Shown piece after piece: positions 1 through 9,330 of a stretch of 64,000 bases of DNA. The notes beneath the pieces are model-generated. The model was not told the DNA's origin. It ran no database searches and saw only the letters and a program-made list of their open reading frames with translations. Origin of the DNA: Candidatus Thorarchaeota archaeon (lineage in GTDB: Archaea; Asgardarchaeota; Thorarchaeia; Thorarchaeales; Thorarchaeaceae); contig JAWOEX010000009.1 in the NCBI GenBank assembly GCA_046482545.1, positions 1-64,000 on the forward strand, in the 5' to 3' direction. The position numbers and the translations under genes are program-made. Each line of letters opens with the position of its first letter. Position 1 is the first letter of the stretch.

Positions 1-378
1 GGCTGTATGCAGTGCTGTTACGCAGCAGCAGACCTAGCAGGAACCATGAAGTTGCAGTACGATGTGAGCGCGAGGATCATCCGGATGCCGTGCACAGCGC
101 GGCTTGATCTCAATTTTATTTTGAAGGCCTTGCAGGAAGGGGCTGACGGTGTGCTTATTGTCGGATGTCATCCAGGGGACTGCGCGTACAAGACCGGGAA
201 CCTCGGGGCGGAGCGGCGAGTTCGATTCGCTCGCAAACTTGTTGGTCAGCTTGGAATGAACGAGGAGCGGGTGAAAATGGTGTTCGTAAGCGCGGCGGAG
301 GGCGATCTCTTTGCTAAGCACATCAATGACTTCGCCAATAAAATTAGAGAAATTGGACCAAACCCAATTCGACTGTAG
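1..378 (+). CDS. mvhD: Hydrogenase iron-sulfur subunit delta (MvhD/FlpD), probably 5'-truncated by the window edge
   Basis: CxxCCYAAADLAG, RMPCTAR, GADGV..GCHPGDC and SAAEG motifs. Confidence 0.9.
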   Translation, partial: GCMQCCYAAADLAGTMKLQYDVSARIIRMPCTARLDLNFILKALQEGADGVLIVGCHPGDCAYKTGNLGAERRVRFARKLVGQLGMNEERVKMVFVSAAEGDLFAKHINDFANKIREIGPNPIRL

Positions 379-464
379 CTTTCTATGCAAGAGACTGACT
401 ATCTAGTTTGTCAACCGAAAGCAAGGTTTATGTGTACATAATATTATAATGTATACGAAAGTCA

Positions 465-779
465 ATGGAAACGGTCACGGCTAGACTTCCAGATGAGATG
501 ATTAGGAAGCTGAAGCTCATCGCCGAGGAAGAACATATCGACAGGTCGGAGATGATTCGAAGGGCACTTGATATCGGGATACAGCAGTTTCTCTTGGAAC
601 GGGCGCTCAAGGCGTATAGAGAGAGAAGAGTCTCTCTCTGGAAGGCGGCATCAATGGCGGGGCTTCCTTTGAGAGCGATGATGGACGAGGCGGAAAAGGC
701 ATCAATACCCATTTCGTATGATGAAGAGGACTTGGAGCGTGACCTTGCTTTTGTCAAAGAAACCGAAAGTGGTCAGTAA
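465..779 (+). CDS. RHH/UPF0175 family antitoxin
   Basis: N-terminal RHH (TVTARLP..DRSEMIRRAL) plus VSLWKAASMAG UPF0175 motif; overlaps downstream PIN gene. Confidence 0.8.
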   Translation: METVTARLPDEMIRKLKLIAEEEHIDRSEMIRRALDIGIQQFLLERALKAYRERRVSLWKAASMAGLPLRAMMDEAEKASIPISYDEEDLERDLAFVKETESGQ

Positions 780-1269
780 TGCAAGTCCGCTGATTTATCT
801 TGCCAAGGCCGGACAGCTTCAGATACTGAGAGAAGTATATACTGAAATTCTCATACCACATAAGGTATTCCAGGAGGCCGGTGGAATCAAGGACTCACCG
901 GATGCTATACTGATAGCTTCTGCAGTAGATGATGGATGGATACACATTGAGGACTCAGACCTTGATACGGCGAATCAGCTATCTGAAAGCGCAGGAATTG
1001 AAATTGGAGAGGCCGCAGCTATTTTATTGGCAAGGGAAAAGACTGCGTTGCTTCTCATAGATGACAAGATGGGGAGAAGTGCTGCTGAAACCCTCGCCGT
1101 GACGTGTCTAGGAACTGTTGGTGTTCTCCTCCAGGGGCTATCCACATCAACTCTGCAATATGATGAATTTGTTGCGATTCTCAACAGAATGATTGACTCC
1201 GGGTTCAGACTGGACTCAAAGGTATACAAACGTGCAATAAATATGGCAAAGAGCTTAGTGAAGAAGTAG
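751..1269 (+). CDS. DUF3368 family PIN-domain toxin
   Basis: VVSNASPLI, GEAAAI, LLIDD..GR, GTVGVL motifs; start refined to TTG. Confidence 0.85.
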   Translation: MSKKPKVVSNASPLIYLAKAGQLQILREVYTEILIPHKVFQEAGGIKDSPDAILIASAVDDGWIHIEDSDLDTANQLSESAGIEIGEAAAILLAREKTALLLIDDKMGRSAAETLAVTCLGTVGVLLQGLSTSTLQYDEFVAILNRMIDSGFRLDSKVYKRAINMAKSLVKK

Positions 1270-1275
1270 TTCAGC

Positions 1276-1428
1276 ATGCAATCTATGTATGCAGTAGCAG
1301 ATCTATTGGGAACGATGATGCCACAGTATAACGCGAGCGCGGCAGAGGGCGATTTGTTTGCCAAACACATCAATGACTTCGCGAAGAAGATCAGGGAAAT
1401 CGGGCCAAATCCGATTCGACTGGAGTGA
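1276..1428 (+). pseudogene. Internally deleted mvhD duplicate (50 codons)
   Basis: Translates MQSMYAVADLLGTMMPQYNA-SAAEGDLFAKHINDFAKKIREIGPNPIRLE, i.e. N- and C-termini of the 7..378 protein joined. Confidence 0.85.
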
Positions 1429-1433
1429 ACTGA

Positions 1434-1835
1434 CTAGTAGGGTATGTTTTCGACACCGGGAATTTTGTCAAAATGGGTGTCAATTGATACAATTCTCTGG
1501 CAACCATTAGAGGCGGCAATTGCGGCAGTGAAACAGTCATTCAGCCCGACAACGGTACCACTTCGTTCCAAGTCAGTGTAGATTCTGCTAGCACGTTCAG
1601 CAGCATCGATAGTAAAATTCCAGACGACTAACCTTGATGTAATTTCGCGAACTGTTTCTTCTTCTGATTTGATTCTCCCGCGTTTGTCAATACCTCTGAA
1701 GAGCTCAAAGACGTTGATTACGGTGGTAGCAAGATTGTAGTCTTTTGATTTCAAATTCAAATATGTTTCACGTGCGCTATCTTTGCCACGTAGAAAATCA
1801 ATGAGAAAGGATGTGTCGAGGCACGTGAAGGTCAA
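1434..1835 (-). CDS. vapC: VapC PIN-domain toxin
   Basis: CLDTSFLID, TVINVFEL, DCFTAAIA, DTHF motifs. Confidence 0.9.
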   Translation of the reverse strand: MTFTCLDTSFLIDFLRGKDSARETYLNLKSKDYNLATTVINVFELFRGIDKRGRIKSEEETVREITSRLVVWNFTIDAAERASRIYTDLERSGTVVGLNDCFTAAIAASNGCQRIVSIDTHFDKIPGVENIPY

Positions 1836-2053
1836 TGCTTCCAAGCCCCCCACATCTTTTCTAACTCGTCGAAAAACACCCTGCGTTCTTTATCAGTCAT
1901 TGAGATGGTTCCGAAGAGATCCAGGATATCATCGTCTGGCCTGAGCAGACGTTCTATGACCTCACTGAAGGATTCGCCTTCGCGTTTTGCTCGTTTTAGT
2001 CTGCGGTATATGTCTTCTCGGAGGGAGATATTCTTGTAACCCACTTGAACCAT
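1832..2053 (-). CDS. vapB: VapB-type antitoxin (DUF217-like)
   Basis: KNISLREDIYRRLKRAKREGESFSEVIERLL; overlaps vapC start. Confidence 0.85.
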   Translation of the reverse strand: MVQVGYKNISLREDIYRRLKRAKREGESFSEVIERLLRPDDDILDLFGTISMTDKERRVFFDELEKMWGAWKH

Positions 2054-2276
2054 CTGTGTATTTATACACGATTACTCATATAAGCTCACCTTTGATGGGG
2101 GTATACCAGATAACCGGCTTCTTATAGTTGAATGAGTAAGCCCGACTACGCGAAACTTTTGTGATTGGATAAAATCCGATTCGGCTATAGCTTTTCACTC
2201 AAGCAAGCGGCTATTTTTCTCTGCAATATAGAGCAAGTCTCATGTATACAAAATGACATAATGTATACGGAAGGTC

Positions 2277-2838
2277 ATGGAAACAGTCACAGCACGAGTA
2301 CCAGATGAGATGATTGCGAAGCTGGAGCTCACCGCCAAGGAAGAACATATCGATAGGTCTGAGATGATCCGAAGAGCACTTAATGTCGGGATACAACAGT
2401 TTCTCTTGGAGAGGGCGCTCAAAGCCTATAGAGAGAAGAGTCTCACTGTGGAAAGCGGCGTCGATGGCTGGAGTTCCTTTGCGAGTCATGACTGCTATCG
2501 ATGACGGATGGGTACATCCTATGTATCCAACAGGTGACGATGTGAACCTGTTAGCAAGGAGTATCGGAATCAACATAGGGGAAGCAACTGCAACACAACT
2601 TGTGAGAGCAGAAACGGCTCTGCTTCTCATAGACGATAAAATGGGCCGAAGTGCGGCTGACATACTTGGTGTCAGATGCCTTGGCACAGTTGGTCTTTTC
2701 CAAGCATTAGCCCAATCGGTGCTTCAACTCACTGAATTCAAAATAGTGCTGCATAGGATGATTAATGCTGGACTCAGGTTGGATTCCAAGGTATACCGAG
2801 TGGCAATGGAAATGGCAGATGATATTGCGCAGAAATAA
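2277..2838 (+). pseudogene. Degenerate duplicate of the UPF0175/DUF3368 TA pair
   Basis: Similar to 465-1269; frameshift in the GA run near 2430 and a deletion fusing antitoxin 3' part to toxin middle. Confidence 0.85.
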
Positions 2839-2999
2839 TCTTCCAGCCGTGCTGAGGCTACATTTCTGTTCCGCCAATTCTGAATGCTTTCAACGCAATA
2901 GAGACTTTGGCTATTTTGTTCATATGAATCCATCTTCCTATGGGAAGGGCGTGCCGAATTCAGCTTAGACTCGTAGAGCATCCAATAGCCGTCTAATTC

Positions 3000-3491
3000 C
3001 TACATCCTGCTAGCAATCCAAACACAGAGAAGGGCAATGATTGCCACTACGGGTGTCAATGGCACGGGAAGGACAGTCCAACTGCTCAGCTGTCTGTAGA
3101 TGAAATATACTCCGAGAATCCAGATCGCCAGAGAGACAGACAAAACAATTAGATGAACAAGGAGTCTCTTCTTCCCTCGGGCAGGAGAGATGAACTGCAG
3201 AGACGCTATCAGAGTCAAGAGGAAAAAGAGCGCGCTGTCTCGTTGATTCAGCCCGTTTATACTGTACGTTTCCTGAAACCCACCACTCCCGAAATCGGCC
3301 CCGCCCAAGTACAGTCGTATACTATATGTCCAACCGGGCGGTAGACCACCTACTGGAGGTTCTTCCATGTTGTATAGTATGGCATAAGGTATCATAAAAC
3401 CGGCAATGAGTGTGATTATCATTGCAAAGAAACCGAGTACTCTCATCTTGACGATGTCATGGCTTGTTTCGGATTCCGCTTCTGAAACCAC
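3000..3491 (-). CDS. Hypothetical membrane protein (about 4 TM)
   Basis: Hydrophobic segments, SD-like GGGAG upstream. Confidence 0.6.
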   Translation of the reverse strand: MVSEAESETSHDIVKMRVLGFFAMIITLIAGFMIPYAILYNMEEPPVGGLPPGWTYSIRLYLGGADFGSGGFQETYSINGLNQRDSALFFLLTLIASLQFISPARGKKRLLVHLIVLSVSLAIWILGVYFIYRQLSSWTVLPVPLTPVVAIIALLCVWIASRM

Positions 3492-3725
3492 TCCCTATCC
3501 CTGAGTAAATACTGATACCTTGTGAGTTATCTCTTTCGCTTCCTTGTTGATGAACCCAATGAGCTCCAGCATGATGTGACCTCAAGACACATCTGATATG
3601 CAGACAAACTATGGGATAGAGATTGAGGCATGTAAGAGTGATTAAGCTCACATTGCATAGTAATTATATGGTCCCGCTGGTATGACAAGAATGCAGTATT
3701 CTTTCGAAACTCAACATGCAGGCGA

Positions 3726-5063
3726 TTGAAATTGGAGAAGAATGAGCATTTTAAAAAAACAATTCGTACCTATGAGAAGAATACACCGAAGTCCAAAGAA
3801 CTGTACGAGAAATCCATACAGATCTTACCCGGTGGAATTGGCGGGTCCGCCGCATCATATGCGCCATATCCCATATCTGTAGAGAAAGGAGAGGGCGCCA
3901 AGATTTGGGATGTGGACGGAAATGAATACCTTGACTTCAATCTTTGCTGGGGTGCTCTTATGGTTGGTCACAGACACCCCAAAATCATCCAAGGATTGCA
4001 GGAGACACTGCAAGCCGGGACTATGTTCGGACTACATCATGAAGAATCGATTGAAGCGGCAGAGGCATTGATAGACCGTTTCCCTATAGACAAACTTCGA
4101 TTCGTCAATTCCGGTTCCGAAGCAACCTTGTACGCCATTCGTCTTGCGCGAAGATACACGGACAAGGGCAAAATTATGAAGGTAGAAGGTTCCTACCATG
4201 GTGTAATGGATTCATTGCATATCAGCAAGAAACTCCCCATGGGCAAAGCTGGACCAAAGAGCCATCCCACGTCCATACCATATGGCAAAGGAATTCTACG
4301 ATCTACCGTCAACAATACCATCATTACTCCCTTCAATGATATCGAAACCACCCGGGACCTCATTGAAGAGAATATTGGGGAAATTGCAGCCATTATAGTT
4401 GAGCCGACTATGATGAATGCAGGAGTAATCCCTCCAGAAGAGGGATACTTGGAAGAGCTTCGCGAACTCACCGAGGATTACAATATCGTCCTTATTTTCG
4501 ACGAGGTGAAGACTGGCGTGAAGATTGCAAAGGGTGGTGCGTGCGAGTACTTCGGCATCGAGCCTGATTTGGTTTCTCTTGCCAAGGCTGTGGGTGGTGG
4601 TTTACCGCTCGGTGCTTGTGGAGGAAAGGCTGAAATAATGGACGGAATTGGTGATGAGGGTCTCTTTGGTACATTTTCAGCAAACCCGTTGTCAATTCGA
4701 GCCTGTAAGATTACTTTGAACGAGGTGCTCACCGACGCCAAGTACAAGGAACTAGAGGAACTTGGTAATGCACTTATGGATGGCTACCGAGATATTGTGG
4801 ATGACGAGAACCTTGAGGCTGTTATCCAAGGGATAAACGCTGTAGGGGGCCTTTTCTTTGCAAAGGAACATTTCCATAACTACAGGGAATGGGCCAAGAT
4901 AGACCAGCAAAAGAATGACGAGTACTGGTTAGCAATGATCAATGAAGGAGTCATCCCGATGGCTTGTGGTGCTGATGAGGAGTGGTTAATTTCAGCGCAG
5001 CACACCATGGACGACATCGACACTCACTTGGAAGCCTTCAAGTCTGTTGCACCTGAACTATAG
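3726..5063 (+). CDS. Class III aminotransferase, glutamate-1-semialdehyde aminomutase-like
   Basis: DVDGNEYLDF, FVNSGSEAT, SYHG, LIFDEVKTG, AKAVGGGLP. Confidence 0.85.
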   Translation: MKLEKNEHFKKTIRTYEKNTPKSKELYEKSIQILPGGIGGSAASYAPYPISVEKGEGAKIWDVDGNEYLDFNLCWGALMVGHRHPKIIQGLQETLQAGTMFGLHHEESIEAAEALIDRFPIDKLRFVNSGSEATLYAIRLARRYTDKGKIMKVEGSYHGVMDSLHISKKLPMGKAGPKSHPTSIPYGKGILRSTVNNTIITPFNDIETTRDLIEENIGEIAAIIVEPTMMNAGVIPPEEGYLEELRELTEDYNIVLIFDEVKTGVKIAKGGACEYFGIEPDLVSLAKAVGGGLPLGACGGKAEIMDGIGDEGLFGTFSANPLSIRACKITLNEVLTDAKYKELEELGNALMDGYRDIVDDENLEAVIQGINAVGGLFFAKEHFHNYREWAKIDQQKNDEYWLAMINEGVIPMACGADEEWLISAQHTMDDIDTHLEAFKSVAPEL

Positions 5064-5202
5064 TTGAAACCGGAGACCTGCGGGTCTTCCCCTTCTTTCT
5101 TTTTTTGCCATTGTGATATCTTTAATATAGTAAACAATCGTAAGTAATCTAACTTATTTGGCTACTTCTTAATTATTAGTAGCATTTAGGAGGGTAATTA
5201 CT

Positions 5203-6015
5203 TTGACCAATAAAAAAACACGCCACCCATTGAAAAAACGCGTAAGAAACCTTTTCAGCGACAAAAAGTTGCTGACAGTAGCATTTGACGAGCTAGAGAA
5301 TGATACTGAAGTCCAGACACTACTGGAAGATAGCAATCGCATGGCCATTGACAGAATGCATTACAGTGACCATGGCCATATTCACTCGCTCATTGTTACC
5401 AAGAACGGAATGAAGCTCTTTGATACTCTTAACAGCGCAGTGGAACCTACAGTAGTTAAAGAGGACACCGCTAGTCTAGAAGATGCTTACCTTATAGTGC
5501 TTCTCGCCTGCTATCTCCATGATATCGGAATGAGCGTTCACAGGGAAAATCATACCAATTTCAGCATTACACTCGCTCTGCCCATTCTGAACAGAGTCTT
5601 AGAGAAAGTATATCCGAAAGATGTACACAAACGTGTACATATTCGTGGACATGTCCTGCATGCAATCAAATCACACGATAAGATAATAACCCCACAGACT
5701 ACAGAAGCGGGTATAGTTGGTATTGCTGATGCATTGGACATGACCAAAGGTAGAGCAAGAATCCCTTTTGAAGCAGGGAGTGTGAACATCCATAGTGCTT
5801 CAGCTATGGCAATAGAGAATGTGACCATAGAAAAAGGAGAAAAGAAGACGGTTCGAATCTCTGTCTACATGAATAACGCATCCGGCATATTCCAGATACA
5901 GGAACTGCTCGAGGAGAAGATTAAGTCCTCACAACTCATAGATCATATCGAGCTGTATGCAGTTATGTCGCAAAAGGCCAATCGTATTTTGGATGAGCAA
6001 ATTCGCGTGCTCTAA
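5203..6015 (+). CDS. HD-domain phosphohydrolase
   Basis: DHGHIH, YLHDIGMSVHR, ADALD. Confidence 0.85.
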   Translation: MTNKKTRHPLKKRVRNLFSDKKLLTVAFDELENDTEVQTLLEDSNRMAIDRMHYSDHGHIHSLIVTKNGMKLFDTLNSAVEPTVVKEDTASLEDAYLIVLLACYLHDIGMSVHRENHTNFSITLALPILNRVLEKVYPKDVHKRVHIRGHVLHAIKSHDKIITPQTTEAGIVGIADALDMTKGRARIPFEAGSVNIHSASAMAIENVTIEKGEKKTVRISVYMNNASGIFQIQELLEEKIKSSQLIDHIELYAVMSQKANRILDEQIRVL

Positions 6016-6191
6016 TCCTACAATTTAACGGTATTTTGAGTCTATTATACGTGGAATTTACTCAATATCACGGTACTTTTCCAAACAATTTACCTGAAAA
6101 TATGTTCGAACAGTATCTATATATGAGTGGGTTGATTCATTCACTTGTTTATGGGTTCTATGACCGTTTTGGATGCTATTGGTGAACTTAC

Positions 6192-6629
6192 ATGGAATTA
6201 GATGACATTGATCGGACCATAATCGAGATGCTCAAAGAGGATGGCCGTCGCTCATATTCTGAGATTGCTGAGCATGTAGACCGTACCGAAGTGACAGTAA
6301 GACGTCGTGTCAATAACCTATTGGAAGAGGGTGTCATTCGTCGTTTCACAATCGATGTTGATCCATTAAAAATCGGGCGCCGTATAAGAGCAATCATCCG
6401 GGTAAAGCTGAACATGAAGGAGGCGAGTGCTATTGCTGAAGAAGTGAAACACTTCAAGGAAGTTACTGACGCTTACATACTCGATGGCAGCTGCGGCTTG
6501 ATGCTGAAAATAGTACTCGATAATCTTACAGAGCTCCGCAAGTTTTTGGAGGATGAGTTTGGTTCCCTTCCGGGTGTGGGTGAGGTTGAAACCTGCATTG
6601 TATTAGAAGACATCAAATGCACCTTTTGA
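6192..6629 (+). CDS. Lrp/AsnC transcriptional regulator
   Basis: LDDIDRTIIEMLKEDGRRSYSEIA..TVRRRV. Confidence 0.9.
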   Translation: MELDDIDRTIIEMLKEDGRRSYSEIAEHVDRTEVTVRRRVNNLLEEGVIRRFTIDVDPLKIGRRIRAIIRVKLNMKEASAIAEEVKHFKEVTDAYILDGSCGLMLKIVLDNLTELRKFLEDEFGSLPGVGEVETCIVLEDIKCTF

Positions 6630-7060
6630 TGGGTGTTATACAATTGCACTATCGCCTTAGTATTTCTAAAGAACACCTGAACAAATTACAGGCCTACGCT
6701 GAAGCGAAACTACCGTACGAATCAGTTGCTCTTCTATTTGGGGGAAAGGACGGAAAGAGGATAGAGGTAAAAACGATTAACCTCGTCGAGAATATCTCGT
6801 CAGCTCCCAAAACAGAATTCTCAGTTGAGCCGGAAGAGGAATACAAGCTTCTTCTTAAGGCTGAAGAACGTGACGAGCACCTTGTGGCTATTTTCCATTC
6901 ACATACTGCGCCCCCTTACCCATCTGAAAAGGATCTTGACAATATGCGCTTGAACCAAGTTGTATGGCTTATCGCGTCAAGATGCTCAGGAACATGGAAG
7001 ACCAAGGCTTTCTTGCTGGTAGACAATCAGCTAGAAGAAATCGCCCTTGAAGTACTCTAG
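6617..7060 (+). CDS. JAMM/MPN+ metalloprotease (desampylase-like)
   Basis: E..., FHSH..PSEKD JAMM motif; true start may be slightly downstream. Confidence 0.85.
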   Translation: MHLLMGVIQLHYRLSISKEHLNKLQAYAEAKLPYESVALLFGGKDGKRIEVKTINLVENISSAPKTEFSVEPEEEYKLLLKAEERDEHLVAIFHSHTAPPYPSEKDLDNMRLNQVVWLIASRCSGTWKTKAFLLVDNQLEEIALEVL

Positions 7061-7064
7061 GACA

Positions 7065-7379
7065 TCATTTCTCCAATGCTTTCAAAGTTCCAGAGGTCTT
7101 TAATGGTTGAAATGCGACCAAATTCTCGTCTATTGCATCAATCAGCGATGCAGCAGTAATGATTTTTGTCAGGATTCGTTCATCACATTGCAGGACACCA
7201 ATTCCCAACTTATTATGGAATTCGTTAAGGTAGAATCTAGAATCAGCTGCTGTTGTCTCACCGTATATCGAAAGGAGATTTTTCCAAATCTTCTGAGAGA
7301 GTTCTTTTCTTGTAATGGACTCCTCTCCATGGAGCCGAAAGAGAAGATATCTCTTACGACGCTTCTTCATCTGAATCAC
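7065..7379 (-). CDS. rnp2: RNase P protein Pop5/Rpp14
   Basis: RKRYLLF N-terminus, TSGTLK C-terminus; exosome superoperon context. Confidence 0.85.
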   Translation of the reverse strand: MIQMKKRRKRYLLFRLHGEESITRKELSQKIWKNLLSIYGETTAADSRFYLNEFHNKLGIGVLQCDERILTKIITAASLIDAIDENLVAFQPLKTSGTLKALEK

Positions 7380-8058
7380 TCTTTACCAGCTCAATTCCTG
7401 GAGCTATGATATTGTCACCAAGTTTAGCTATATTCCTCTCGATTATCTCCATAGGATAATCCCGAATCCCCTTTTCCGCTGTTTCAAAATCCATGTTGAG
7501 CAAAATTCCCATATGCTGAATGCTAATTGGCGAGCGCATTCGAAGAGCACGGTCAGCTCCGCTGGAGAGTATAATCCTCATCCCCGCTCGGGAAGCAGTA
7601 CGGATGGACTCTCTTAGAGATTTCAAGACTCTAGAACGTTTCAATCCAGAAACTCTCAGAAGAGAAGCCATCGACACTTCAAGAGCTGTATTGGTAGATG
7701 CAGCAAGCTTTGCCGTTGAATACCTCAAATCCTTCTCCCATGGGTTGCCATAGGTCGTAAGCAAATCAACGCGATGATCGTTGGCCGCCCAATTGACGAC
7801 ATTGACATCACCAATTCTGACCGAGATAATCACAGCTTCTCTTCTTCCTTGGCCAACACGGCTCTTGACCGTTCCCAACTTATCCGCTTTCAATTCTATC
7901 CTTCTACAAAGCTTGAATCCACCATCATATTGCGTCACAGGATCTTTGAGCGATAGCGGTGTGGCGAGTGCCTGGAAATGATACTCCTTTGCCATCTTGA
8001 GGAATTCATCGAGCTCTTGTCTGTTCTTGATTCTTACATTCAGATCTGCTGCTCCCAA
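7354..8058 (-). CDS. rnp3: RNase P protein Rpp30
   Basis: DLNV, RVDLL, ALEV, ILSSGA..MRSP. Confidence 0.85.
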   Translation of the reverse strand: MGAADLNVRIKNRQELDEFLKMAKEYHFQALATPLSLKDPVTQYDGGFKLCRRIELKADKLGTVKSRVGQGRREAVIISVRIGDVNVVNWAANDHRVDLLTTYGNPWEKDLRYSTAKLAASTNTALEVSMASLLRVSGLKRSRVLKSLRESIRTASRAGMRIILSSGADRALRMRSPISIQHMGILLNMDFETAEKGIRDYPMEIIERNIAKLGDNIIAPGIELVKSDSDEEAS

Positions 8059-8061
8059 AAT

Positions 8062-8520
8062 TCATTCCTCTTCGATATCCAGCCGGTTGAGTATCATCTC
8101 TTTTGCATCCTCTCGAACACAGCGTGGATACTGAAGAAGATGCACATTTACACTGATTAAGTCTGGCCCTGCTGCTACCTTGATGTCATTCAAGTAGGCT
8201 GCCTGTTTAGAGAATCTTAGAAACAACGTACAACTTTCATCCACACGCGCATCAAGTGTACTCTCTAGATATAGCTTATCTTCAAGTGAAAGCTTGCCAA
8301 AAATGTAGTCGAGGATACCGTTACATAGCTGCTTCTTTTTCACTGTTGTAGTAATAACCACAATTCGATTCTCGTTATGCCCTTCGGTGAGTACACTATT
8401 CAATTCGATATCTTTCCTCAGATTCTCTGGGAAGAGACGCAAGACCGCACTCTGTACTCTTTCAACAACTTCTGTTGCTTGAGCATGGGCCCTAAATTCT
8501 ATCCTTTGAATAAACGGCAC
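8062..8520 (-). CDS. DUF54 RNA-binding protein
   Basis: HAQATE..RV, GHNENRI, LRFSKQAAY; rpl15e-rnp3 context. Confidence 0.8.
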   Translation of the reverse strand: MPFIQRIEFRAHAQATEVVERVQSAVLRLFPENLRKDIELNSVLTEGHNENRIVVITTTVKKKQLCNGILDYIFGKLSLEDKLYLESTLDARVDESCTLFLRFSKQAAYLNDIKVAAGPDLISVNVHLLQYPRCVREDAKEMILNRLDIEEE

Positions 8521-8551
8521 CTAAACGGCACCTCTGACTTGCTTGTTGTGG

Positions 8552-9133
8552 CTATTTGCCCCGGTTCTTCTTGGATCCAAGAGAAGGTCGAACTTTTTCA
8601 GCACCCCGGCCCTTGTTCCGCAAACCTCTGCTCTTCTTACCAGCTGAAGTCTTTCCACGATGTACTCTTCCCTTCTGATTAGGTGCGCATATCCAGTTGA
8701 TATGTGGATCGTTGTATATTACTGGATGGTTAGGATCAACCATGATGACTTCATGCCATAACCACTTGTGGTCTGAGCCAACCCAATACGAATTCAGAAC
8801 ACGCAGATTCGGAAACTTGCGAGCAGTCCTTTCTTCGGCTATCCATCGTCGAGATTTCTGCGGGGTGTATCTTGAGACGCCTAAACTTCTCGGCTTCCGT
8901 CCCATTTTGGGTCGCGGTTTCTCTCTTGGCCCCCTTCCTGTTCTTACTCTCGCCATCACGTAGCCTTGCTTGGCTTTGTAGCCCAATGATCTGGCTCTGC
9001 CCAATCTTGTGGGACGGTCTATTCTGACAATTGTATCCTGTTTTCTCCAGACAATAAGTCGCTCCCTAACAATATCGGAGCGTTCTTTCTGTTCTTCTCG
9101 CCATTGTTTGGCCATGTACTTGTACGCTGACAT
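8552..9133 (-). CDS. rpl15e: 50S ribosomal protein L15e
   Basis: RPTRLGRARSLGYKAKQG, VLNSYWVG, GKTSAGKKSRGL. Confidence 0.97.
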   Translation of the reverse strand: MSAYKYMAKQWREEQKERSDIVRERLIVWRKQDTIVRIDRPTRLGRARSLGYKAKQGYVMARVRTGRGPREKPRPKMGRKPRSLGVSRYTPQKSRRWIAEERTARKFPNLRVLNSYWVGSDHKWLWHEVIMVDPNHPVIYNDPHINWICAPNQKGRVHRGKTSAGKKSRGLRNKGRGAEKVRPSLGSKKNRGK

Positions 9134-9232
9134 TTGGTTCCCATCCTTTGCGGTAAATCGTTTTCACTTTGCTTGTGGTTCAGCCTGCTAAGGCCACATC
9201 CCGTACGGATTTCTCCGCCAACACAAAGGAAT
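9134..9232 (-). promoter_or_regulatory. Structured rpl15e 5' leader (putative eL15 r-leader)
   Basis: UCCUUUGUG/CGCAAAGGA stem enclosing GCGGA-GAAA-UCCGU and GUGG-CCU..AGG-CUGAA-CCAC hairpins. Confidence 0.6.
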
Positions 9233-9330
9233 GCGATAGAGTCATACAGATTGTTCTGTGCGACTCACGCACTTGTAGCCCAATTTATCTACTTAAAGGT
9301 GTAGCGATTTGTTATATTCGCTATTGACGC

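Noticed and set aside
1-430. Selenocysteine/SECIS in mvhD
   Set aside because: No in-frame TGA in the visible part and no convincing SECIS downstream
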